NCBI GenBank assembly: GCA_903819895.1 | Contig: CAIJFH010000027.1 | Location: 1,675 to 65,674, forward strand | DNA: 64,000 bases | Reading direction: 5' to 3' | Origin: Candidatus Adlerbacteria bacterium | GTDB lineage: Bacteria; Patescibacteriota; Minisyncoccia; Phycocordibacterales; SBAW01 | Program-made: the position numbers and the translations under genes | Shown here: one piece after another, positions 28,401 to 37,379 of the stretch | Layout: each line of letters begins with the position of its first letter | Numbering within the stretch: position 1 is the first letter of the stretch | The notes under the pieces: generated by a model | The model's database searches: none | What the model saw: the letters and a program-made list of their open reading frames with translations, nothing else | Told to the model about the DNA's origin: nothing

Positions 28401-31391
28401 ATGGAACAGAAACGCAAAAAGATTGTCGCTCTCATCCCTTGCTATAACGAAGAGCGCGGTGTGGCCGCCGTGTTGCAGCGATTCCCGCACGACAAAATTG
28501 CTGCGCAGGGTTTTGATCTAGAAAGTATTGTTATCGACAACAACTCGACCGACAACACCGCCGCGGTTGCGCGCTCGCTTGGTGCGACAGTAATCCACGA
28601 GCCAAAAAAAGGGAAGGGCAATGCGATGCGGCGTGGATTTTATGCGATACCCGATGACGCCGACTACATTGTGATGCTCGATGGCGACGACACCTACCGC
28701 CCCGAAGAGATGTTGCGCCTGGTTGAGCTGCTCGACTCGGGGTTCTGCAGCGTAGCGATTGGCTCGCGGCTGGGTGGCCGCGTAGTCGAGGGCTCGATGC
28801 CGTTTGTAAATCGTGTAGGCAATTGGATTTTTTCGCACCTGGTGCGTTTTTTCTATCGCGCCAATGTTACCGATGTGCTCACAGGTTACTTTGCCTGGGA
28901 TCGTCGCGCACTCGAGCGGCTGCGGCCACACTTGGTGTCCGAAGGGTTTGCGATAGAGATGGAGATGGTGACCAAGCTGGCGCGGCTCGGCGAGGATATC
29001 TACTGCGTCCCCATCACCTACGTCTCCCGCGAGGGCAAGAGCAATTTGCGACCGTTCTACGATGGGCTGCGCATCTTGTGGATGGGTACCAAAAACTTTT
29101 TTTGGCGACCACCGGTTGAACAATTGGTGCCGCCTAGGTTGACACGCAAGCGTCTCGTTGTTGTTGCGCCTTATTTTTATCCAAAGATCGGCGGGCTCGA
29201 GAAGTATGCGCACACCGTTGCTACGGGTATGGCCGCAAGTGGCGAGTGGGAGGTGAGCATCGTCACCAGCAATCACGAAGGACGCGCGTACAAGAAAGAA
29301 GTTGTTGACGGCATGACTGTGCACCGACTGCCAGCGTGGTGGATACTTTCAAACACACCCATCAACCCGCTGTGGTTTTTTTGGCTGCGCCGATTCTATC
29401 GCCAAGAGCGTCCCGACCTAATTCATGTGCATTCGCCCGTGCCGTTTATTGCGGACATGGCGACCTTTGCTGCGGGCAGTATACCTGTGGTGATGACATA
29501 CCATGCCGGCAGCATGGCAAAAGGTCGTACGAGTATTGATCTGCTCATCCGTTTGTATGAAAAGACAGTGTTGCGCGCGGTATTTCGTCGTGTCGACGCG
29601 ATTGTTGCTGTGTCTGCGGCCGCAGCGCCGCAGGAGTTGGCATCGGTACAACACAAGGTGCACTACATATCCCCCAGCGTCGCCATCGAGTCGTTTACTC
29701 CCACACCGCTGCCGACACGGCGCGAGAAAGTAGTGCTGTTTGTGGGGCGGATCGAGCAGAGTTCTGCCTGGAAAGGGATTGATCCGCTATTGCAATCGAT
29801 TGCACTGCTGCGCCAACAGATGCCACAGGTGCGGCTGCATTTGGTGGGGAGCGGGGACGCAGTCGAGCAGTATCGTGCGCGAGCAACTGCGCTTGGTATT
29901 GGCGATTATGTTTCGTTTGCGGGCACCCAACGAGGCGCTGATTTGGCACAGCAGTATGCAAACGCCGATGTTGTCGTCTTGCCCTCAACTTCGGCGTCCG
30001 AGTCGTTTGGCACGGTACTCATCGAGGCAATGGCCTCGGGGCGGCCGGTGGTGGGCTCGCGTGTGGGCGGCATCCCGCAAGTGATCGACCACGAAGAGAC
30101 CGGGTTGCTGGTGCCACCCAACGACCCGCGTGCGCTGGCAGATGCGCTCGCGCGTATCTTGTCTGACACTTCGCTCGCGACACGTCTTGCCACGGCAGGG
30201 CTCCACAAAGCGCAAACAACCTACACCACACAGATACAACATGCACGTTACCGTTCGCTCTATGCGAATATGCTGCAACAAACACAGAGCGTGCCGGTGG
30301 TGCACCTTTCGGCATATTACCCACCACACACGGGTGGGCTCGAGCGGGTCGCACAAATGTGCGTTGAGGGGCTCGCGGCGCGCGGATACCCAACACGCAT
30401 CATCACCACGACGCAAAGCGGATTAGCACCTGGCACCACCACGACTGGCAATATCACCACCACCGTGCTGCGCAGTGTCGAAGTCGCGCATACGCCCGTG
30501 GCACCGGGGTTGGTGTGGGAGTTGTGCATGCTTCCGCGCGGCTCCGTCTTGCATATCCACCTGGCGCAAGCATTTTTCCCCGAGGTGCTGCTGATGGTGG
30601 CGTGGCTGCGCGGGATGCGGTACGTCGTGCACTTTCATCTGGACGTAGCGCCGTCGGGCACCTTTGGTCGTGTGTTTGTGCTCTACAAACGCATCGTGTG
30701 GCACGCGCTGTTGCAGCATGCTGCGCATGTTATTTCCTGCGCACAGGATCAGGTTACTATTCTCGAACAAAAATTTGGCGTACCGCCCGAGCGCGTCACC
30801 GTTATCCCAAACGCCGTTGGCACCGACTTTTTTAGCAATCGCGTGTATCAACCGTCGGATGATACCCTGCGCATCTTGTCTATTGGGCGACTCTCGGCAC
30901 AAAAGCGCATCGACCGATTACTCGAGGCATGTGCATTGCTCACCATCCCGTACACACTTACTATCACAGGTGATGGCGAAGAGCGTGCAGCACTCGAGGA
31001 GTTGGCCACGCGGCGCGGTCTCACCAACGTGGTGTTTGTGGGGAAGAAAACTGACAGGGAGATGCAAGCATTGCATCGCACACACGACCTGTTTGTCGTG
31101 CCGTCCGACAAAGAGGGGATGCCGCTTGCAGTGCTTGAGGCGATGGCAGCGGGACTGCCTATCCTAGCAACACGAGTCGAGGGTTTGGCCGAGCTGCTCG
31201 ACGGCGTTGGCGTGCTGGTTGATGCGCCCTACGAGCAAGCGCTCGCGCGTGCGATAGAACAGCTGTGGCACGACAAGACACAACTGGTCGCTCTGTCCCG
31301 CAAAAGTATTGCCAAAGCAGCTACCTATCGCTGGGAGCGTTTTATCGATTCGCTCTTGTCTGTTTATACTACCTACGTATGCGCACATTAA
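28401..31391 (+). CDS. Tri-domain glycosyltransferase fusion: N-terminal GT2 followed by two GT4 (GT-B) modules, 996 aa
   Basis: The GT2 module has IALIPCYNEERGV, DNNSTDNT and the DxD-like MLDGDD. The first GT4 module has ESFGTVLIEAMASGRPVVGSRVGGIPQVI...GLLVPPND. The second has EGMPLAVLEAMAAGLPILATRVEGLAELL. Confidence 0.85.
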   Translation: MEQKRKKIVALIPCYNEERGVAAVLQRFPHDKIAAQGFDLESIVIDNNSTDNTAAVARSLGATVIHEPKKGKGNAMRRGFYAIPDDADYIVMLDGDDTYRPEEMLRLVELLDSGFCSVAIGSRLGGRVVEGSMPFVNRVGNWIFSHLVRFFYRANVTDVLTGYFAWDRRALERLRPHLVSEGFAIEMEMVTKLARLGEDIYCVPITYVSREGKSNLRPFYDGLRILWMGTKNFFWRPPVEQLVPPRLTRKRLVVVAPYFYPKIGGLEKYAHTVATGMAASGEWEVSIVTSNHEGRAYKKEVVDGMTVHRLPAWWILSNTPINPLWFFWLRRFYRQERPDLIHVHSPVPFIADMATFAAGSIPVVMTYHAGSMAKGRTSIDLLIRLYEKTVLRAVFRRVDAIVAVSAAAAPQELASVQHKVHYISPSVAIESFTPTPLPTRREKVVLFVGRIEQSSAWKGIDPLLQSIALLRQQMPQVRLHLVGSGDAVEQYRARATALGIGDYVSFAGTQRGADLAQQYANADVVVLPSTSASESFGTVLIEAMASGRPVVGSRVGGIPQVIDHEETGLLVPPNDPRALADALARILSDTSLATRLATAGLHKAQTTYTTQIQHARYRSLYANMLQQTQSVPVVHLSAYYPPHTGGLERVAQMCVEGLAARGYPTRIITTTQSGLAPGTTTTGNITTTVLRSVEVAHTPVAPGLVWELCMLPRGSVLHIHLAQAFFPEVLLMVAWLRGMRYVVHFHLDVAPSGTFGRVFVLYKRIVWHALLQHAAHVISCAQDQVTILEQKFGVPPERVTVIPNAVGTDFFSNRVYQPSDDTLRILSIGRLSAQKRIDRLLEACALLTIPYTLTITGDGEERAALEELATRRGLTNVVFVGKKTDREMQALHRTHDLFVVPSDKEGMPLAVLEAMAAGLPILATRVEGLAELLDGVGVLVDAPYEQALARAIEQLWHDKTQLVALSRKSIAKAATYRWERFIDSLLSVYTTYVCAH

Positions 31392-33736
31392 GTACAAGAG
31401 TGGGCTTGGTCGTACTGGTGGCCATACTGTGGTCGCTGTTTGTCTGTCTGTGTGTGTCTGGCAACAACACGCTCCAGCTCGAGACACTGCTTGGTGTTGT
31501 GTTGTGCGGGTTCGTGCCCGGGTGGTGTTTGTTGCTTGGGTTTCGATTGCAATTCCCTCCATGGATACTACTCGCCTTGTCGGTCGCAGGGAGCATTCTC
31601 GCGCTGATGCTGGTGGTGCTCACGGGCAACACCGTGCTGCCATGGGTGGGCGTTGCCGCGCCGCTGGATGCGCCCGTGGTCTTGGTTGAGATCACCGCAC
31701 TACTCGCAGCGTCGCTCGTGTGTGCATGGTTTCAAATTAATGATTGGCAGTTGAGTATCAGCACCTGGGTGCGCACCGTCTACCCGCGCGGGCGGGATGT
31801 GTGGCTGTCGCTCCTGCCGCTTTTGTTTGTAGTGCAGGCAGTGTACGGCGCGTTTGTGCTCAACAATGGTGGCAGCGAGTACCTCACGCTCGCGCTCTTG
31901 GGCGAGATACTCATCTACTTCTCGGTGTTGGTGCGCATGGCGCCTTCGGTCGAGGACAACACCATCGCGACCGGCATGTCACTGGTTGGCGCGGCACTGC
32001 TGTTGATGACCAGCATGCGCGGGTGGCATATCACCGGCCATGATATCCAACGCGAGTTCGCGGTCTTTCAACTCACCAAAACCAATGGCGTGTGGAGCAT
32101 GGCTGCCTACCGCGACGCGTACAACGCATGTCTCAGCATCACCCTGTTGCCAACAGTGTTTGCCAACGTGCTGCGTCTCCCCGATGTGTATATTTTTAAA
32201 TTGCTCTTCCAGCTCTTTTTTGCGCTCGTGCCCGGGGTGGTCTACCTGACTAACCGATTTTGGCTACGCCGAGAGTACGCTATTTTGGCGACGATATATT
32301 TTGTTGGCTTTCCCACCTTTTTTCTCGATATGCCATTTTTGGTGCGGCAAGAAATCGCCTTCCTCTTTTTTAGTTTGATGCTCTATGTGCTGTTTGAGCC
32401 GACGCTTGGGCTGCGTGCGCGACGCCTGCTATTTATACTCTGTGGTGTTGGCGTAATTTTATCGCACTACTCGACCACCTACACCACGCTGTTTGTGCTG
32501 CTCTTGGCAACACTGACCTACCCGCTGCTTGTGCGCGCGCTCACCAGTACGTGGATGCCAAACCGGATTCGCGCCGCACCAGTGGTGGCGGCACTGTTGC
32601 GTGAGACGGCGCTGCGCGGTCGGCAACTCACCTTTGGTATGGTTGCCTGTTTGATCGCCCTCAGTTTGGTGTGGACATCGTCGGTGACACACACGGGTGG
32701 CAGCGTGACCCGCGTGGTGCTCGAGACACTGGGCGCAGTGCGCGATGGATTTACCGAAAATAGTCGATCGGTTGATGTGGTCAATCTATTTACGTTTAGC
32801 AAAGCGAGCCAACAGCAAGAGCTCGATGCATATATCAAAGACACCGTCGTACCAACACGCAACAGTGCTGTGCCAAGCACCTATGTGGCAACCTCAACCT
32901 ACGCGGCCTACACCTACACCGCGCTACCCGATGAAAAGCGCCCCGACACCGCGCTGAGTGTCAGCATCAAACAAGCGGTGGGCATTGACGCGGGCACCAC
33001 CAGCGCGCTGTTGGGACAATTGGTGGCAAAGTTGATGGAGTTGCTCGCGCCGCTTGGGCTTCTGTGTGTGTTGTGGCGGCGGGAGAGTGTGCGACGTATT
33101 AATTTGGAGTATCTGCTCTTGGTGATATTCTCTTTTGTATTTATTGCAATGAATATCATTCTGCCGGTGTTGTCGACCGAGTATGGCATCCTCCGCGCGC
33201 TCCTCCAGTCGTTGTTTATCATTGGTCCATTAATTGTCATTGCAACGGTGTTGCTCGGTGATGCACTCGCAACAATATCGACTACACACAGCTGGAGATC
33301 AAGCACTATCCCGCTCATCATCGCGCTGCTCTTCTTTGCTTACAGCACCGGGTTTGTGTCGCAGTTGTTTGGAGATAATGCGCCGCTCCTGCATCTCAAC
33401 AACAGTGGGCGCTACTACGACTCGTACCTGGTCCAGGGCGCAGGCATCGCTGCCGAGCGTTGGCTGCTCGCACAAAACAGAGGGGCAAGCACCATCGCGG
33501 TTGACCACAACTTCGCGCAGCAGTTTGCGCTGACAGATGTCTCGTTTGCAGATGGGATATTTCCCGGGCTTGTCCGCCGCGACGCGTTTGTGTTTGTGAC
33601 ACAACCCACCTACACAGATGGTCGCGCGTCGCTGCTCTACAACGGCGACCAGGTGGTGTACTCCTACCCGACGCAATTTCTCGACGCAACAAAAGATCGC
33701 ATCTACGACAACGGGTTTGCACACATATACCGATGA
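31379..33736 (+). CDS. Large polytopic membrane protein, putative GT-C-type glycosyltransferase/polymerase
   Basis: The start ATG 31379 (MRTLSTRV...) overlaps the GT stop by 13 nt. There are more than 12 hydrophobic helices, then a soluble C-terminal domain. The functional call is from architecture only. Confidence 0.5.
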   Translation: MRTLSTRVGLVVLVAILWSLFVCLCVSGNNTLQLETLLGVVLCGFVPGWCLLLGFRLQFPPWILLALSVAGSILALMLVVLTGNTVLPWVGVAAPLDAPVVLVEITALLAASLVCAWFQINDWQLSISTWVRTVYPRGRDVWLSLLPLLFVVQAVYGAFVLNNGGSEYLTLALLGEILIYFSVLVRMAPSVEDNTIATGMSLVGAALLLMTSMRGWHITGHDIQREFAVFQLTKTNGVWSMAAYRDAYNACLSITLLPTVFANVLRLPDVYIFKLLFQLFFALVPGVVYLTNRFWLRREYAILATIYFVGFPTFFLDMPFLVRQEIAFLFFSLMLYVLFEPTLGLRARRLLFILCGVGVILSHYSTTYTTLFVLLLATLTYPLLVRALTSTWMPNRIRAAPVVAALLRETALRGRQLTFGMVACLIALSLVWTSSVTHTGGSVTRVVLETLGAVRDGFTENSRSVDVVNLFTFSKASQQQELDAYIKDTVVPTRNSAVPSTYVATSTYAAYTYTALPDEKRPDTALSVSIKQAVGIDAGTTSALLGQLVAKLMELLAPLGLLCVLWRRESVRRINLEYLLLVIFSFVFIAMNIILPVLSTEYGILRALLQSLFIIGPLIVIATVLLGDALATISTTHSWRSSTIPLIIALLFFAYSTGFVSQLFGDNAPLLHLNNSGRYYDSYLVQGAGIAAERWLLAQNRGASTIAVDHNFAQQFALTDVSFADGIFPGLVRRDAFVFVTQPTYTDGRASLLYNGDQVVYSYPTQFLDATKDRIYDNGFAHIYR

Positions 33737-34920
33737 AAATTTTATGGATTACATCGTCCGGGTGGAAGGAGGGTGGTGTCGAGAACTACCTCGCACTCCT
33801 GCGTCCACAGCTCGAGGGGCTGGGGCACACAGTGCGCATCCTGTCGAGCAACGATCGCCCCGACATGCCGCACTTTAGTGATGTCGAATACGCAACCCCG
33901 TCGGGGCCACTGCGGCCACTTGGCTACAGCATCAACCCGAGCGCCTATCGGACACTGCGCCGCGTGCTCGCCGAGTATGCACCAGACCTCGTGCATATCC
34001 ACACTATTGGCCATGCATCGCCCGCGATACTGTTTGCGTTGCGCGATGTGCCAACCGTGTTGACGGTGCATGGGCCAGAAGGATTTATCAAAAGTTTGCT
34101 GGTGCATTGTCTCCCGATGTCCGACTTTGTTGGCGCCGTACGCAGTAAGCGCCACTTGCGATTTGTTGGATGGGCGAAATATGTGTACCACCGCTGCGTC
34201 AATGGGCCGCTCTATTGGTTGGGGTTCCGCAATGTCGATCTGGTGATTACGCCAAGTGTATACATGCAAACATTGGTTGCTCGCGATGGGTACGCCAACG
34301 TATGTATCCCCAACGGGACAGCATTGTTTGCGCATCATCCACTGTCTGCAACAGAACTCACGCCAACGGTTGTGTTTGCGGGGCGGCTCGAGACCTACAA
34401 AGGAGTCGATTGTTTATTGCGCGCGTTTGCAGAGGTACTCAAGACCATTCCCGATGCGCGGCTGATTATTGCGGGCGATGGCACCGAGCGAGAACATCTC
34501 GAGCAGTTGACGCGCGATCTCTCGCTTACTGCGGCAGTTGAGTTTGTAGGTCACGTGGGACGTAGCGAGGTAGAGAACATATATCAGCGTGCGGCGTTGG
34601 CCGTGATGCCATCCACCTGGGTTGAGGCGTTTGGACTCTCGGGTATCGAGGCGATGAGTGTTGGCCGCCCGGTCGTTGCGTCGCGGGTTGGTGGCATACC
34701 GGATTGGTTAATCGACGGCACAACCGGCTACTTGGTGCCGCCACAAGATACACGCGCGTTGGCAGGGGCGATCATCAAACTGCTTGCGAACCCTGACACG
34801 CTGCAAGCGATGATGCACAACGCGCGAGCGCGAGCAGAAGCGTTTGGTATCGAGCAGCACGCCGTGCAGATACTCGACCTTTATGCCGCTGTGGTGCGGC
34901 AGGTGCGCAGCAAGAGGTAG
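33733..34920 (+). CDS. GT4 family glycosyltransferase
   Basis: EAFGLSGIEAMSVGRPVVASRVGGIPDWLIDGTTGYLVPPQD matches the GT4 E-x7-E region. The start overlaps the previous stop (ATGA). Confidence 0.85.
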   Translation: MKILWITSSGWKEGGVENYLALLRPQLEGLGHTVRILSSNDRPDMPHFSDVEYATPSGPLRPLGYSINPSAYRTLRRVLAEYAPDLVHIHTIGHASPAILFALRDVPTVLTVHGPEGFIKSLLVHCLPMSDFVGAVRSKRHLRFVGWAKYVYHRCVNGPLYWLGFRNVDLVITPSVYMQTLVARDGYANVCIPNGTALFAHHPLSATELTPTVVFAGRLETYKGVDCLLRAFAEVLKTIPDARLIIAGDGTEREHLEQLTRDLSLTAAVEFVGHVGRSEVENIYQRAALAVMPSTWVEAFGLSGIEAMSVGRPVVASRVGGIPDWLIDGTTGYLVPPQDTRALAGAIIKLLANPDTLQAMMHNARARAEAFGIEQHAVQILDLYAAVVRQVRSKR

Positions 34921-36128
34921 CTCACAACACTCGCGACCACGTGGCCGGCAAGCCAGGCGACACCAATGCCAGCGAGGCCAAAGGGGAGCAGCACGTATCC
35001 GAGCCCGCATATCGTGCCCATATAAAAAATATTGATGATGATAAGCCAGTTAGAGTTGCCCACGACACGGAAGTAGGTCTCGAGCAGCGACAGCGCACAC
35101 ACCGCGAGCCCGGTTACGGCGACCAGTTGCAAAAAGCGAAAGCCCTCGACCGAGTACGCCTTCCCAAACATGCTCAGCAGCAACCCGCCGCCAACACACA
35201 GCACCACGACTGCGGGCACCATCACGGCGGCCATGAGTTTGAGCGATTTGCGCACATTGGCTGCAAGCGTCTCTGGGTCGCGCGACCCTTCGGCAAACAG
35301 CGAGCGCGTGGTTGTCCACGGCACGGCATAGAGCAAGTTGCCGATCATCATCGCAATACTAAAGAAGGCGGCTTTGGCCGGCCCGAGCGTGTCGATAATC
35401 ATAATCGGTAGTATCGTTGCTGGCAGGAGGTTGAGTATGCCCGCGACATAGTTGCCCGCCGAGTAGCCGCCGACGCGCCGGAGCACCTGGGCATCAATCT
35501 GCACCGCTGGCACGTAGGCAAAGGAGCGCAGCAGCACCAACACACTCAGCACTAGGCCAATGGTTTGTGACACGCCAACTGCAAGAAAGATACCAACCGT
35601 GCCGCTGTGTACAAAACACAACAGGAGCACAATCCGCGAGGCAGAAAAGAGCGTGTTGATAATGAACGTATACTTTGCCGCGCGATGTGCGAGAAAGATC
35701 GAGTCGGTAAGAATGTTAAGCGCCGTCGCTGCGCAGAGAAAGATAAAAATAAGTGGCAGCACGACGCCAGCGCGAATAAACAGCAGCACGGGTGCCAACA
35801 CACCAACAAGCGCAAGAAACACGCCCGCAATGAGCACCGCGGCGGCGGCAACCACCAGCATACCCGTGTTGATTGTCGCGTCTTTGTGTGTGGTACTAGG
35901 GAGAAATCGCACCAGCGCGGTGTCGAAGCCAAGCAAACTAAGCATCGCGATCAGGTTCATCACCGCGATGAGTGTGGTGGCGAGCCCAACGTCGGCAGGT
36001 GAGAAGATGCGCGATGCCAATAGCCAAAAAAAGAAACCAAACCCTGCCATCACTCCTGTGGCGAGCAAGAGGTAGAGCGAGTTGCGAAAGAGTCCATCAG
36101 CGTACCAAGCAAGAAAGCGTTTCTTCAT
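34881..36128 (-). CDS. Polysaccharide biosynthesis flippase (Wzx/MOP superfamily)
   Basis: The 415-aa product has about 12 predicted TM helices and a PST/Wzx-like N-terminus (FLAWYADGLFRNSLYLLLATG). Its 3' end overlaps the convergent GT4 by about 40 nt. Confidence 0.7.
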   Translation of the reverse strand: MKKRFLAWYADGLFRNSLYLLLATGVMAGFGFFFWLLASRIFSPADVGLATTLIAVMNLIAMLSLLGFDTALVRFLPSTTHKDATINTGMLVVAAAAVLIAGVFLALVGVLAPVLLFIRAGVVLPLIFIFLCAATALNILTDSIFLAHRAAKYTFIINTLFSASRIVLLLCFVHSGTVGIFLAVGVSQTIGLVLSVLVLLRSFAYVPAVQIDAQVLRRVGGYSAGNYVAGILNLLPATILPIMIIDTLGPAKAAFFSIAMMIGNLLYAVPWTTTRSLFAEGSRDPETLAANVRKSLKLMAAVMVPAVVVLCVGGGLLLSMFGKAYSVEGFRFLQLVAVTGLAVCALSLLETYFRVVGNSNWLIIINIFYMGTICGLGYVLLPFGLAGIGVAWLAGHVVASVVSYLLLRTCRTTAA

Positions 36129-36197
36129 ACTTCTATAGTGCGCATACTGGCATGCTTGGCACTATTTGTCGACTCGTGCATCTGCTATAGTGTACAT

Positions 36198-37370
36198 ATG
36201 CGTATCCAGCGAACAGTGTTCGCATTGGTGATGGTTGCCGTACTTGTGGCGACCGCTGCGGTGCTGTTTGCTGTAACAAATCATACAGCAACTGTCTTGA
36301 GTGTCTCTGCCAACGGACGAAGCGCAACGACGCGACAACACGCGGTCGCACAACCCAACCAGGAGGTGGGGTTGTCGGTAGGGAATACGCTTGAGTATGC
36401 AAACGACGCCAACCGCGATGCGGCACTCGACGACATACAGTCGCTTGGCGTCACCTGGCTGCGCTTTGATGTCGCATGGAGCGATGTGCAGAGCGACAAC
36501 AGCACCACCTACGATTGGACATCCGTCGACAACGTGGTTGCTGCAGCGCAGGCACGCGGGTTGCATCTCTTGCCGATTTTGGTTTATACGCCCACGTGGG
36601 CTCGGTTGCCAAGTTGTGCCAACACCGCATATTGCGCGCCTGCCGACCCCGACCAATTTGCCGCGTTTGCGCGCACTGCCGCAGAGCGTTATGCGCCGCA
36701 AGGCGTACACGACTGGGAGATTTGGAACGAGCCCAACATGGGTAGGTACTGGGGGAGCGCGGGCAATATCGTTGGGTATGCAACATTGCTTACCCACGCC
36801 AGTACTGCAATCCGCGCTGTTGACCCATCTGCAGTTGTGGTCACCGGCGGGTTGAGCCCTGCTGCAACCCGCGGCGCCGACATTTCCCCCACCGACTTTT
36901 TGGAGGGGTTGTACGACGCCGGCGCAGGCAACTCGTTTGATGCGGTGGGCGATCATCCCTACAGCTACCCGGTGCCACCCAGCTACGCCGAGGATTGGAA
37001 CGCGTGGCAGCAGATGGACGCGACACCAACGAGCATCCGCAGCGTCATGGCCGCACACGGCGACGCGGCGAAACAAATTTGGATTACCGAGTACGGCGCA
37101 CCAACCAACGGCCCAGGCACAGAGGCAACCGAGAACAACTACCAACTTGATAACGCGCCCGACCACGTCTCGGAGGCGCTCCAAGCGCGCATGTTGTCCG
37201 AGGCGCTCCAAGCGCACGCAGAGGATCCGTGGGCAGGGCCACTGTTTTGGTACTCATACAAAGACCTGGGCATCACGACCGATACCAACGAGAATTTTTT
37301 TGGATTGATTCGTTTTGACGGCAGCAAAAAGCCGTCTTACGCAATTCTTCAGCAAAACTTCATACAGTAA
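36198..37370 (+). CDS. Clan GH-A (GH5-like) glycoside hydrolase, secreted/anchored, paralog 1
   Basis: WEIWNEPN (acid/base NEP) and IWITEYG (nucleophile) are present. The start is ATG 36198 (MRIQRTVFALVMVAVLV signal anchor). The ORF begins at 36138. Confidence 0.75.
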   Translation: MRIQRTVFALVMVAVLVATAAVLFAVTNHTATVLSVSANGRSATTRQHAVAQPNQEVGLSVGNTLEYANDANRDAALDDIQSLGVTWLRFDVAWSDVQSDNSTTYDWTSVDNVVAAAQARGLHLLPILVYTPTWARLPSCANTAYCAPADPDQFAAFARTAAERYAPQGVHDWEIWNEPNMGRYWGSAGNIVGYATLLTHASTAIRAVDPSAVVVTGGLSPAATRGADISPTDFLEGLYDAGAGNSFDAVGDHPYSYPVPPSYAEDWNAWQQMDATPTSIRSVMAAHGDAAKQIWITEYGAPTNGPGTEATENNYQLDNAPDHVSEALQARMLSEALQAHAEDPWAGPLFWYSYKDLGITTDTNENFFGLIRFDGSKKPSYAILQQNFIQ

Positions 37371-37379
37371 TGCTAGTGT

